A stretch of 64,000 nucleotides of DNA from Alphaproteobacteria bacterium (GCA_009779135.1 WREW01000001.1:94233-158232), one strand, 5' to 3'; shown: positions 30,417 to 40,002, numbered from the stretch's first letter. The notes: generated by a model from the sequence alone, not told the origin. Numbers and translations are program-made.

Positions 30417-30929
30417 ATGTGCCTGTCTCGAAAATTGATTCGCTTGCTTGTTGTTATGGCTGTTTTGCTGGCAAATCCGCTATCCTTTGCGCATGCGGCA
30501 GAAAATGACGATACGCTTGCGCCGCTTCTGGCGTGGCAGAACAAATATCCTTTTGATAAAATCGACGGGCAGGAGTTTTGGGACACCCCGGCCCTAGCCA
30601 CGCGCCTGCGCGCGATGATGGATTCCAAGGCCCATCAGTTTTTTAAAGATGAGCTGGCGCACGGCGTCGTCACGCCGCTTAATGCAAAAGACGGCATTCT
30701 TTATACCGAAATGTGCAAAGCGCATGATTGCGCTGCGGTTCATGTCTATCTTTTTGTGGATACGGAAGCGGACAAAGTTTATATATGCTGGCATGACGAA
30801 GCCGCCAGCCATGATTTGTGGCTGGAGAACGGCAAAACTGCGCAGCTGGAGAAAGGGAGTTGTGTTTTAAAAGAAGGCGAAAAAGACAATATGGATCTTT
30901 TAAGCCGTCTTCGTGGAGCAGGGGCGTGA
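30417..30929 (+). CDS. Ivy-like periplasmic inhibitor of lysozyme/lytic transglycosylase (putative)
   Basis: Signal peptide (LLVVMAVLLANPLSFAHA) and a CKAHDC loop matching the CKPHDC signature of Ivy-family inhibitors; ~170 aa; its stop overlaps the GTG start of the downstream SLT-domain gene (GTGA). Confidence 0.5.
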   Translation: MCLSRKLIRLLVVMAVLLANPLSFAHAAENDDTLAPLLAWQNKYPFDKIDGQEFWDTPALATRLRAMMDSKAHQFFKDELAHGVVTPLNAKDGILYTEMCKAHDCAAVHVYLFVDTEADKVYICWHDEAASHDLWLENGKTAQLEKGSCVLKEGEKDNMDLLSRLRGAGA

Positions 30930-32284
30930 AACAAAACGGGGTGTTTTTTCTTTCAGGCATAACGCGCAGGCTAGGCCTTCTAGCGCTGCTTGGCGGCGTT
31001 ATGTGTCTGGCTGCCCCCGCGCAGGCTTTGGCGCAGACGGCAAAGTTTTTCCCGAGCGGCGAAAGGGTTAAATCAGACGATTCACTGGAAATAATCCGCA
31101 AACGCTGTCAGGAAAACACTTATTACGATCAGATTTTTAATAGCGGGCGACCCAATGATCCCAACATGATGCTTGGCATCGCCACGCGCGAATCCGCCTG
31201 CAATCCCATGGCGAAGAACCCGTTATCTTCAGCTGCGGGCATCTGGCAGGTTCTGGCGAAAACCCACTGGCAATATTGGCAGTCCGTCATCAATGACCAG
31301 GCCAGAATTGAGGCGGCTAACAGCAGATTCTCGGGACTTGGCGGGTTTCTTTATTCAAGCAATCCGGCAGATCGCATGCGTGGCCTTTTGCATGGTGACC
31401 CCAAGCTTTCCACGGATGCGGGTTATAAAGTTTTTAATGAGCAGATGGGCTGGTGGGGCGGCACGCCGGAGGCTGGCATTTGCGGCTTTGCGGGCAGAGG
31501 CAAGATTTTCAAGGCGACGGGCGATTGCGATGCCCTGATGCCGGTGAAATATTACACTGCCTATTACAGCGGAAACCCTTGGACGATCGCGCCGGTCGTC
31601 AAGATTGAAGATCAGAATATCGGCAAAGCCCACCTGATTGATGACAGCGGCAAAGTCGTGGGCATGATTTTGGAATGTGAAGATCGCACCGGAAAGATCG
31701 CGGCCAGTTTGGCGAAGGCAGCCAAGCAATATGGCGTAAGCCGCTCTGATGTAGCGCAGCAGACTTTTGCAAACACCGTCGGTGAAATACATAAGGCCGG
31801 CGGCATTATGCCTACGGGGGATATAAGGGAAAAGTTTTGTCTTGATGATATGAGTCTTTCTTTTGACGCCTCGCGCGCTTTGCTCAGCGGCGCAAGATTA
31901 TTCAGCAGCATGATAAGCAATATTCTGAATAATATTCTGAATCAGGCTTGCGAGTTTGTGCGTTCAACGATTATGACGGCGATTGACAACATGCTCAACG
32001 TCATTTGCATTCCGGTGCCGGATTTTCACATGAGTCTTGATTTGCCGACCCTCCAGCGCAAGGGTTGTACCGGCGGGATGTCCATCGGCAACACGCTGGT
32101 CTCGCTGCAGACGATGCAGAGTCCGGCCATGGCTTCATACCATTTGCAGCGCGTGATGGCGGCCGGCCTTGACAAGATTGCTTCGCCGCGCATTAACGCC
32201 ATTGCCATTCGTAGCCCGCGTATGGGCGTTGGCCTTATGGGCCCCGCTTTTGACGTTTTAGCAATACCCACCAATAAACCATGA
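30926..32284 (+). CDS. secreted protein with N-terminal family-1 lytic transglycosylase (SLT) domain and a novel C-terminal domain
   Basis: GTG start with GGAG 7 nt upstream; signal peptide RRLGLLALLGGVMCLAAPAQALA; catalytic-region motif GIATRESACNP...AAGIWQV (ES ... G-L/I-x-Q); C-terminal ~120 aa paralogous to the product of 32281..33063. Confidence 0.6.
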   Translation: MKQNGVFFLSGITRRLGLLALLGGVMCLAAPAQALAQTAKFFPSGERVKSDDSLEIIRKRCQENTYYDQIFNSGRPNDPNMMLGIATRESACNPMAKNPLSSAAGIWQVLAKTHWQYWQSVINDQARIEAANSRFSGLGGFLYSSNPADRMRGLLHGDPKLSTDAGYKVFNEQMGWWGGTPEAGICGFAGRGKIFKATGDCDALMPVKYYTAYYSGNPWTIAPVVKIEDQNIGKAHLIDDSGKVVGMILECEDRTGKIAASLAKAAKQYGVSRSDVAQQTFANTVGEIHKAGGIMPTGDIREKFCLDDMSLSFDASRALLSGARLFSSMISNILNNILNQACEFVRSTIMTAIDNMLNVICIPVPDFHMSLDLPTLQRKGCTGGMSIGNTLVSLQTMQSPAMASYHLQRVMAAGLDKIASPRINAIAIRSPRMGVGLMGPAFDVLAIPTNKP

Positions 32285-33063
32285 CGACACGCAAGGAAAA
32301 AAGAGGTTCCGCCATGAAAAATGACACACAATCCCAAGCAAAATTACCCGCCCTTATCGCGCGTGCCTTATGTCTTGGCTTTATGATGTTTCTTTTCACC
32401 CCTGCCATCGGCGGCTTTTTGCTGTCAAACCCGGCCTTTGCGCAAAGTGACGCCTATCAGCAAGCCGGCGATCAGATGATGGCCGACGCGCTTGGTCTGG
32501 CAACTGATGAAGAATGCAAGCAGCTGATGGAGCAGATCAATCGCGGGCGCGCCGCTTACAATATAGCCTCAATCGAAGCGCAGAACACGGCTATGGAACA
32601 GGTTTTGATTGCAAACGCAGAAAATCCGATCAAGCTTCACCCACCTGTCCGCGAACGTTTTTGTCTGGATAATATTTTTGCCTCTTTCGATGCGGCGCGG
32701 GCGCTTCTGTCGGGAAAGAATCTGCTCGGCACGATTTTGGCGCAGTTTGACGGCTTGCTCAATCAAGCCTGCAACTGGATCGCAAGCAACATTAAAACGG
32801 CGGTTCAAAACGGGCTGGATGCCATCTGTATCCCGATTTCGCTGCCTTCGTTCAATCTTAGCCTGCCGACATCTTCGCTTTCGCGCAAAGGCTGTAACGG
32901 CGTTTCGCTCAGCAGCGTTCTAAGCATAGACGTCCGCGCAGGCCGTCCCAACTATTTCCGCTGGCCAAGACAATATATGGACGGTGCGGTGGCGCGTTGG
33001 GTTGATGATAATAGGGATACGCTTGGGCCTTATGGCCGGGGCATCTCAGGCCCGCGTTTCTAA
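32281..33063 (+). CDS. secreted protein carrying the same novel Cys-containing C-terminal domain
   Basis: RERFCLDNIFASFDAARALLSGKNLL...LNQACNW...ICIPISLPSFNLSLPTSSLSRKGCNG aligns residue-by-residue with the C-terminus of the preceding protein; N-terminal hydrophobic segment. Confidence 0.5.
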   Translation: MTTRKEKRGSAMKNDTQSQAKLPALIARALCLGFMMFLFTPAIGGFLLSNPAFAQSDAYQQAGDQMMADALGLATDEECKQLMEQINRGRAAYNIASIEAQNTAMEQVLIANAENPIKLHPPVRERFCLDNIFASFDAARALLSGKNLLGTILAQFDGLLNQACNWIASNIKTAVQNGLDAICIPISLPSFNLSLPTSSLSRKGCNGVSLSSVLSIDVRAGRPNYFRWPRQYMDGAVARWVDDNRDTLGPYGRGISGPRF

Positions 33064-33087
33064 ACGATGAAGAAGGAGAGCAGGTTC

Positions 33088-34617
33088 ATGCAACATCAAA
33101 CTTCGTTTTGGTCGCGGTGCCGCGCAAAGGCTATCCTTGTGGGGATCGTCTTTGCCCTGCTTCTTGCGCCACCGCAGCCTGCAAAAGCGGTGGTGGTGTT
33201 CGATCCGACGCAAACCGTCGCCACGATAGCGCAGTGGGTAGCAAAAGCCGCAGAGTACGCAACCAACTTAGCCGAGCTCGAAGCAATCTGGAGCGCCATC
33301 GAAACAGTCAGCGATACATTTGGCGGGTGGATGGATACGTTGACCGATCTGGTAAACGATCTGGCGGACATCAAGATTGCTAACATCAAAGCGGAAACGG
33401 AACTGGATACACGTCTGGCGGAAGCCGAGATTGAGGATTATACGGCAAACAAGATCGCCGAAGCCACCGCCAAAATTGCGCAAAGAGCCATGCCGTCAGC
33501 GCATCACGGCCTGTGCCGGCAGATCCGCGTTGAAAGCATGGGTGATGCCAGCATATCTTTTACGCAAAGCGTTGAAACGAAGATGATCGAAGCCCTCAGC
33601 GCGCGGGATCGTTGCCCGACATGCGATGGCGCGGGGCCTGCTTATTCGTGGACGCAGGCGGCCACGCGCGAAAAAGGCTCCTATCTCCACCCGCTTGAAG
33701 GTGGCGCGGACAGCCCGATGGCGGATGCGGATATCACCATGCCCAGAAATGAAAAACTATGCATACCGCTTATGCAGCGCGGCACTTGGGTTAATGAGGT
33801 TTCCGGCGTCAGCCTTGAAGTGATCGGCCCCAAAACGCCTGCCCCTTCAAATCTTTGTGAAAGGAGGTATCTGGCTGCGTGGGATTGGCTTACCAATCTG
33901 GCCGGATCGCGCCCGACGCCTCTGTCGGGCCAGCTTCTTCAGACGGATGAAGGCAACCGCCAGCGCGGCATGTATGTGCATTGTCTGGCCATGGAAAACA
34001 CCTTGCTGCAGCAATGCTCGCGCGTCATCGCCTTTCAAACGCGCCCCAACAAGGCAGATCCTTCCACAGAAGGCTTGATTAAACTACAGCAAAACTTTTG
34101 CAAGCTGATGGATGGAACACTCTCGCTTGAACCTTACGATAATTGCGAAAACGGCCTTAGTTTGCACGAGATCAACAGGATTGCGGGCGAGTCATGCAAA
34201 TCCATGGCTTATGCCGTAGGTCAAAAACATGACGGGGCCAGAAATCACGATGTGATGGAAAGCAGCGATATGTGTTCCTTAGCCTGGCGCGTGGCGCAGA
34301 TGTATGAAGATGATATTTATGCAACCTGCATGACGGCCATGGACGCGCTGGACGGCATTAAGAGCTGCTGGGCCGCTGTTGAAGGCGGGCAAAGAGGCTT
34401 TCGGGCCGAAGGTCAGCAGGATGAAAAATGGACACTTGTTTCCATGCGGGATGAATATGCCATGCATTCATCCAAGTTTTATAAGCCGCCCGTGGCCAAG
34501 TTGCAGCCTGTGGCCGGTTATCGCATGCAGCCTGTGCCGTCTGGTTTAGGTGCCATGCCGGTGGGCGTGCCTGCCAATGCGGATGATTTTGCCTGGCCCC
34601 AGACCAGCACGCCTTAA
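33088..34617 (+). CDS. cysteine-rich secreted protein, paralog family member 1 (novel family)
   Basis: AAGGAG RBS; signal peptide; N-terminal VFDPT motif then a long helical region; conserved core YLAAWDWLTNLAGSRPTPLSGQLLQTDEG shared with the next two genes; more than 20 Cys. Confidence 0.6.
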   Translation: MQHQTSFWSRCRAKAILVGIVFALLLAPPQPAKAVVVFDPTQTVATIAQWVAKAAEYATNLAELEAIWSAIETVSDTFGGWMDTLTDLVNDLADIKIANIKAETELDTRLAEAEIEDYTANKIAEATAKIAQRAMPSAHHGLCRQIRVESMGDASISFTQSVETKMIEALSARDRCPTCDGAGPAYSWTQAATREKGSYLHPLEGGADSPMADADITMPRNEKLCIPLMQRGTWVNEVSGVSLEVIGPKTPAPSNLCERRYLAAWDWLTNLAGSRPTPLSGQLLQTDEGNRQRGMYVHCLAMENTLLQQCSRVIAFQTRPNKADPSTEGLIKLQQNFCKLMDGTLSLEPYDNCENGLSLHEINRIAGESCKSMAYAVGQKHDGARNHDVMESSDMCSLAWRVAQMYEDDIYATCMTAMDALDGIKSCWAAVEGGQRGFRAEGQQDEKWTLVSMRDEYAMHSSKFYKPPVAKLQPVAGYRMQPVPSGLGAMPVGVPANADDFAWPQTSTP

Positions 34618-34630
34618 AGGAGAAGAGGGT

Positions 34631-36181
34631 ATGAAAAAACAATCTTCAAAAGGAATAAGAAAAACATGCGCCTTGTGCCTTTTGGCCGGTGCGCTCTTTT
34701 TCGCGCCGCCCATGCGGCCAGCTCATGCTCAACAGACAGTGTTTGATCCGGGAAACTTTGCCGCGCAGGCCGCAGCGTTCTTGGCAGAAACAGCTGCGAT
34801 GGTCGCGGAACATGCGCAGCAAGTGGTCATAAACGGAGCCATCGAAGCGTATAACCTTCTTGTTAAGCTAAAATTTGAATTTCTCAGTTCAGAAAAAGAA
34901 AAAGCGGCTTTTGCGGAGGAAACGGCCAGAAAAGCGAAAATGGAAAACAAAGTCCGCCTTCATGAAGCCAAGCAGGAAGCCAAAACCGCGACAGACACAG
35001 CCGTACGCATAGGCCAGATGGCAGCGGAAACAGTTGAAACCGGCGCGGAAAGCTATCTGGCCAGACAGTTTCTTTTGGCCAATACGACCCCGACATTGGA
35101 TGAGTTTCAAAAGGAAGTTGAAAACTTTATAGCCCTTATGATTAAAAGCCGCACGCGCGGCGTCAACTGGATGGGGATTTCGCCCAAAGCAGCTTGGCTT
35201 AATCATCTCGTGCGCTGCAAATATGGCTATGGCAGCGCCATTGACGGCTATCCGACAAACTGCATCAGCGATAATGAAAAACTGAGGGATGCGGATGTGT
35301 TGCCGATCAGGGAAGACATGGACCTTGAATTTCCGGCTTTGAAAATTGAGGAAAGGGATGAAAACGGCGAAAAAGTAAAATATGTTGTTTTCGAACCCGC
35401 AAATGACGAACAGGCGCTCTGGTACGCCAAAATGCACTATATCATCAACATTGCCGGCCCGCGCCCGGGCCCGCCTTCAGGCGCGAATCTGCTTAAAACC
35501 GATTCAGGCATGCGGGATATGGGCATCTTCGGCACGGCGCAAAGCCGCGACAGCGCTTTTATCCATGCCTTTGCCAAAAAGCTTGCCTATTACACGCGCC
35601 CCAATGACAGCACCGAAGATATGAAAACGCTGCGGGAGCATTTGAACAAAAGATGCGCCCTGACCCGTGGGGCTGACGGCGGCGACGGTATTTTCAGCGC
35701 AGAGCAGATCACAAACTTTTTCCATGACTGCACGAAGGGTCTAAGCGCCTATCAGCTGGATTACATCAACAACGCCATGTGCAAAAACCCGACCCACTAT
35801 CTTGCGCAGGCCATTGACGGTGCCAAGCCGTTTAAAATGTCGGACTCGACCATTCAATGTTCCAAAAACTACAATCTCTGGCGCCAAAGTCTGCTGGTGC
35901 GGGAAAGGGCCTTGATTGACGGCATCAATATTATACACAACAACAAAGGGCTGTGGTCGCAAATGGGTTCGGCAAGAATGGCCGGATGGGATTGGAAGAA
36001 TGATCCTGCCGGCACAGGCTATGCGCTGGTTCACGGTAAACAGGCGCTGCCTTTGCCGGCCGTGATTAAAGAAGCCAAAGCGCCCCTTTTCGAAGGGGAA
36101 AAGCAGCAGGTGCGCAAAGTACCTGTCGGCGTTCCTTTTGTGCTTGATTCCGATGGTCTTCCTTCAACCCTTGCGCCATAG
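34631..36181 (+). CDS. cysteine-rich secreted protein, paralog family member 2
   Basis: GGAG RBS; signal peptide CALCLLAGALFFAPPMRPAHA; QTVFDPGN motif; core LWYAKMHYIINIAGPRPGPPSGANLLKTDSG. Confidence 0.6.
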   Translation: MKKQSSKGIRKTCALCLLAGALFFAPPMRPAHAQQTVFDPGNFAAQAAAFLAETAAMVAEHAQQVVINGAIEAYNLLVKLKFEFLSSEKEKAAFAEETARKAKMENKVRLHEAKQEAKTATDTAVRIGQMAAETVETGAESYLARQFLLANTTPTLDEFQKEVENFIALMIKSRTRGVNWMGISPKAAWLNHLVRCKYGYGSAIDGYPTNCISDNEKLRDADVLPIREDMDLEFPALKIEERDENGEKVKYVVFEPANDEQALWYAKMHYIINIAGPRPGPPSGANLLKTDSGMRDMGIFGTAQSRDSAFIHAFAKKLAYYTRPNDSTEDMKTLREHLNKRCALTRGADGGDGIFSAEQITNFFHDCTKGLSAYQLDYINNAMCKNPTHYLAQAIDGAKPFKMSDSTIQCSKNYNLWRQSLLVRERALIDGINIIHNNKGLWSQMGSARMAGWDWKNDPAGTGYALVHGKQALPLPAVIKEAKAPLFEGEKQQVRKVPVGVPFVLDSDGLPSTLAP

Positions 36182-36189
36182 AGCAAAAA

Positions 36190-37545
36190 ATGCGCCCTGA
36201 AAAACGCACAGCCTTCCGGACATGGCCGCTTTTGATAGGCATCTTTTGCCTTGTGCTTTTGGCCTTTCCAGGACAGGCGAACGCGAGGCCGCTTCGCAAC
36301 GGTGACATTATTTTCGATCCCACCAAATTTGCGCAGTACATGATGGAAACGGGGCAGCAGATCGTCAAGATGGTCGAAAAAGGCGTGGAATATGCGCAAT
36401 CAACGGCGCTTTGGAAGATGACAAAAATGGCGCTGGATAAAGGCTTTGATCTTTTCGATGACGCCAACGACCTCGCCGCCAATGTTGATAGTTTTAACAC
36501 GAAAGTAAACGCAAACCTTGAAATGACATTGGCGGAGGATAAGAGTCAAACCGATACACTGGACACAATGACTCAAATTGAGGCCGACAAAGTAAAAGAA
36601 ACCGCTGAACCGCCGGCTACGGATCAATATCTGTGCAACATGCTGACAGCACGCTCGGTTGAACCTCATATGCGCGACTTTGCGAATATGGTTGCCGCGA
36701 TCGTCAAAAACGGCCATCGGGTTATTTACCGTGGGCCGGGCGATGACGGCACGGGCCCGCAATTCACATGGGATGCGATGAATCTGCGCGCGGGCAGGGG
36801 GGAGCTTACAAAGGTTCCGACCTTCAACCCGCTTGACGACCCGCCGCTGGAATGGCTGGCCCCCAGCAGTGACGATGTGGATATCGATATCGATTTCGGA
36901 ACGCTGAGCCGCTATATATTCAAACTTCCCAAAGGGGAGGCCACGACCAAAATAATAAATGGCGCGCCGGTGAATATTTTGGAAATGAAGCCCGAAGGTG
37001 AAGCCGAAATACGCTGGATCAAGGCCTATCAATATTGCCTCAATTTAGGCGGCCCGCGCCCCTCCATACCGGTTTCCACCCGCCGCACGGATTCCTATAT
37101 GCAAAAGGACGCAAAGTTCAAAAGCTGTCTGTCCCGTCAGGAAGTTTTTATCGATCAATGCGCCCAGCGTCTTGGCATGCTCACCAGACCTAATTGCGAC
37201 ACGGAAGATGAAGGCATGACGGCGCTATGCCAGATCGCCAAGGATGGCTGCGCCGCCGCAACCGATGCCGGCCTTGACCTCCCCCCCAATTTTGGGGATT
37301 GCGGTGACGGGCTCAGCCTTTTTGAGATCGTTTACCTTGATGACAAACTATGCGGCGCCCCCCGCCGTGGGCAGTCTCATACCCTGAGCGGCGCAAATTC
37401 AAGCAGCATCTCCGATACCCTTTATTTTTGTGAGGAATTGGGAGGCTTTTTAAAGAACTTGGTCAACCAGATAGATCAGGATTTTCTAAGGGCGCTGCGG
37501 GGTCTAAGCACGGTGGATGAATGTTATGCGGCCATAGGCCCCTAA
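36190..37545 (+). CDS. cysteine-rich secreted protein, paralog family member 3
   Basis: Signal peptide; DIIFDPTKF motif; core IRWIKAYQYCLNLGGPRPSIPVSTRRTDS; Cys-rich C-terminal region. Confidence 0.6.
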   Translation: MRPEKRTAFRTWPLLIGIFCLVLLAFPGQANARPLRNGDIIFDPTKFAQYMMETGQQIVKMVEKGVEYAQSTALWKMTKMALDKGFDLFDDANDLAANVDSFNTKVNANLEMTLAEDKSQTDTLDTMTQIEADKVKETAEPPATDQYLCNMLTARSVEPHMRDFANMVAAIVKNGHRVIYRGPGDDGTGPQFTWDAMNLRAGRGELTKVPTFNPLDDPPLEWLAPSSDDVDIDIDFGTLSRYIFKLPKGEATTKIINGAPVNILEMKPEGEAEIRWIKAYQYCLNLGGPRPSIPVSTRRTDSYMQKDAKFKSCLSRQEVFIDQCAQRLGMLTRPNCDTEDEGMTALCQIAKDGCAAATDAGLDLPPNFGDCGDGLSLFEIVYLDDKLCGAPRRGQSHTLSGANSSSISDTLYFCEELGGFLKNLVNQIDQDFLRALRGLSTVDECYAAIGP

Positions 37546-37655
37546 ATCCTGCAATTCTTTAACCAAACATTACCTAATAATATGCTTGCATGGCTTGGCC
37601 GGCCTGTAAGAGCAGCCTATACTTGCCAAGTCGTAAAACATAAACGGTTTTTCCT

Positions 37656-38504
37656 ATGGATGAAATGCAACAAGATCTTCAAAACGATTCTCAAGCGCGC
37701 TTGCGCGCCACACTGGTGTCTTTCCGCGACATCGGCCAACCTCTGCTTCAAGGCCTGATGGAAGTCGAAGGCTTTGGCGAGGACAAAAAACAATTCACCC
37801 CGCAAGAGCGCGCGGCGATGTTTGAGGAGCTGGTTGAAAGCACAGTCATGCTCAGCCAAAAACTCGCGGAAGAAATAACGCAGCAGCAGCAGGATCTGGA
37901 TAATGCCGCGCGTTGGGGCCTTGCCTCTGCGGCGGCGCAGGTTGTGGCGGCCGCCTTTAAAACATCCGGCGAAGCGATGACAGCGGAAGACGCAGACGTC
38001 CTTGTGTCCTTGGTCACGCAGTTGCAGGACAGATTCAAAGGCCAGATACCGGCAAACAGCAGCGGTGCGCTCAGCAGCGTGGCCATGTTCCGCGCCAAGA
38101 TGATGGAGGCCTTTGTGCCGGTCATCGGCGCTGTGGCACAATATGCTTTTGGCCGTGGCGAGCATGAGCTTTTGGCGGAAGTGAGTGAGCGCCTTGTGAA
38201 AATGGCCGATCAGGTCACCCGCACACTGGCCGCCCCCGGCAGCACGCCTGAGCAATGGCGCCTTTTATGCTGGAATGTTTTGCGCGCGGCCGGACAGATT
38301 TATACGGAAAGCCACTATGCCGAGGCCGACCGGATTCTTTACATGAACCCGCAGGAACGCTCCATCTATCTTGCGCAGCATGGCCAGATGGTTCCCATGA
38401 CGCAGGTGTGGCAGGCTTTTAACCAGCGCATGGCCATGCTGGCCACACTGGCCGCCTATCTTAAAGTCCCCGAAACGGCAGGTTTTGAGAAAGAAATCTG
38501 GTGA
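37656..38504 (+). CDS. hypothetical cytoplasmic protein
   Basis: 282 aa; acidic; no signal peptide or TM; sits between secreted-protein genes and the transglycosylase. Confidence 0.4.
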   Translation: MDEMQQDLQNDSQARLRATLVSFRDIGQPLLQGLMEVEGFGEDKKQFTPQERAAMFEELVESTVMLSQKLAEEITQQQQDLDNAARWGLASAAAQVVAAAFKTSGEAMTAEDADVLVSLVTQLQDRFKGQIPANSSGALSSVAMFRAKMMEAFVPVIGAVAQYAFGRGEHELLAEVSERLVKMADQVTRTLAAPGSTPEQWRLLCWNVLRAAGQIYTESHYAEADRILYMNPQERSIYLAQHGQMVPMTQVWQAFNQRMAMLATLAAYLKVPETAGFEKEIW

Positions 38505-39012
38505 TGTGATGGTCGCTGAAAAAGCCATACTCGCATGTCTTCTTCTCGCCGCACACACCTACGAGGTTCCGCCGGCCGTTATGGTCGGCATCAGGCATGT
38601 GGAAGGCGGCTATGTCGGCGCGCAGATCGGCCCCAACCGCAACGGCACCTATGATCTTGGCATCATGCAGGTCAACACGCTGTGGATTCCCGCTTTGGCG
38701 CGCGCTTGGCAGGTGGATCATAAAACAGCGCATCAGCTTGTGCGGGATGACGCCTGCGTCAACATGCGCGTATCAGCATGGATTTTAAAGCAAAAGATCA
38801 GGGAAGCGCGCGGTTCGCTCTATGGCGGAATCGCTTATTATCATTCCTCGACCCCGGGAATCGGCGCGCGCTATGCGTCCAAAGTGCTTACGGTGCTCGC
38901 AAACAAAGGTCTTTTGAAACGGGACTATGCAAAGCCCGATCAAAGAGCTTATTATGCCAGTGCTGATTCTCTTCCGCAGCCCCAGCAGGGCAGGGAAGAC
39001 GTAAGACAATAA
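38485..39012 (+). CDS. lytic transglycosylase (VirB1 / R64 PilT-like, SLT domain)
   Basis: Signal peptide; IRHVEGGY ... YDLGIMQVNTLW ... AYYHS catalytic-Glu and GLMQ-type motifs of transfer-associated lytic transglycosylases. Confidence 0.7.
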   Translation: MRKKSGDVMVAEKAILACLLLAAHTYEVPPAVMVGIRHVEGGYVGAQIGPNRNGTYDLGIMQVNTLWIPALARAWQVDHKTAHQLVRDDACVNMRVSAWILKQKIREARGSLYGGIAYYHSSTPGIGARYASKVLTVLANKGLLKRDYAKPDQRAYYASADSLPQPQQGREDVRQ

Positions 39013-39027
39013 CAGGAAAAAGGGGAG

Positions 39028-39990
39028 ATGGTTCGCATGAAGGCCTTAAAGTTTGGACGTGCCAAAGGGTATTTTTTAGCGCTTTTCCTGGCCTTTGGTC
39101 TTTTTGCAAGTTCGGCGGCCCAAGCGCAGATTATTCCGCCGCCGCCTTCTATGGCCGCCGCGCTGCAGACGCTTTTTTCTATTAAGGAGCCGGCGCCGGA
39201 TGTGATGAGCGTTCCCGCCCTTTCCAATCTGATTAAAGGCGGCGCGTCACTTTACCATCTGGGCCAGCGCTCGGACATGCATGGCTGGCTGATTGTGCAA
39301 GATGGCCGTATCCAGATGATTTATCTTTCGCCTGATAAACAAACGGTTTTGATCGGCGGCATGTTTTCCTCTCAGGGCGACAATGTAACCTCGCCGCAGG
39401 TTGAATCCCTGCTTGACCGGAATGGCGAAGTCCGCGCGATTTTTGAAGGCCCTTCAAACCAAGCACAGGCGCAGCAGCCCTTGCCATCCAGCCAGCCATC
39501 CGCGCAACCCCCGCAGGAAAATCTTTCACCCGGGGAGCGTTTGATGCGCGATATTCAGGCCGCCTCTTCCGTAACATTGGGCGGTTCGACGAAAGCGACG
39601 CTTTACATGGTGGTGGCACCAAGCTGCCCCAACTGCAAAAGCACTTGGAAGGAGCTGAAAGACGCCGTTACGCAAGGCCGCCTGCAGGTTCACTTGATTC
39701 CGGCCTACAATTCTGAAGGCCCGAATGAGCGCGCCATGGCCGCGCGCCTTCTTCGCGTTGACAACCCGCTTGAGGCATGGAACCGTTTTGTTGACGGCGA
39801 CAATCAGGCCCTTGTCGGGCAAGCGCAGCCACAGGATCTGGAGGCTGTCGATAGCAACATGAATCTGATTAGCAAGTGGAACATTCAAGGCTTTCCCTAT
39901 CTGGTTTATCGTGGCCGCGATGGTCAGGTGAAAATCGTTCAGGGCCGCCCGCAGCGTATCGGCGCTGTGCTTGATGACCTCCCGCAATAA
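39028..39990 (+). CDS. thioredoxin-fold disulfide isomerase (TrbB/DsbC-like)
   Basis: Signal peptide; CPNC active-site motif in VVAPSCPNCKSTWKEL; R64 TrbB and F TrbB are thioredoxin-like proteins of conjugation systems. Confidence 0.55.
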   Translation: MVRMKALKFGRAKGYFLALFLAFGLFASSAAQAQIIPPPPSMAAALQTLFSIKEPAPDVMSVPALSNLIKGGASLYHLGQRSDMHGWLIVQDGRIQMIYLSPDKQTVLIGGMFSSQGDNVTSPQVESLLDRNGEVRAIFEGPSNQAQAQQPLPSSQPSAQPPQENLSPGERLMRDIQAASSVTLGGSTKATLYMVVAPSCPNCKSTWKELKDAVTQGRLQVHLIPAYNSEGPNERAMAARLLRVDNPLEAWNRFVDGDNQALVGQAQPQDLEAVDSNMNLISKWNIQGFPYLVYRGRDGQVKIVQGRPQRIGAVLDDLPQ

Positions 39991-40002
39991 CAGGACATAA
40001 GG

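Noticed and set aside
30818-30925. ORF-track start at 30818 for the SLT-domain protein
   Set aside because: It would overlap the Ivy-like gene by >100 nt in another frame. The GTG at 30926, with a GGAG RBS and an immediately following signal peptide, is a far better start.
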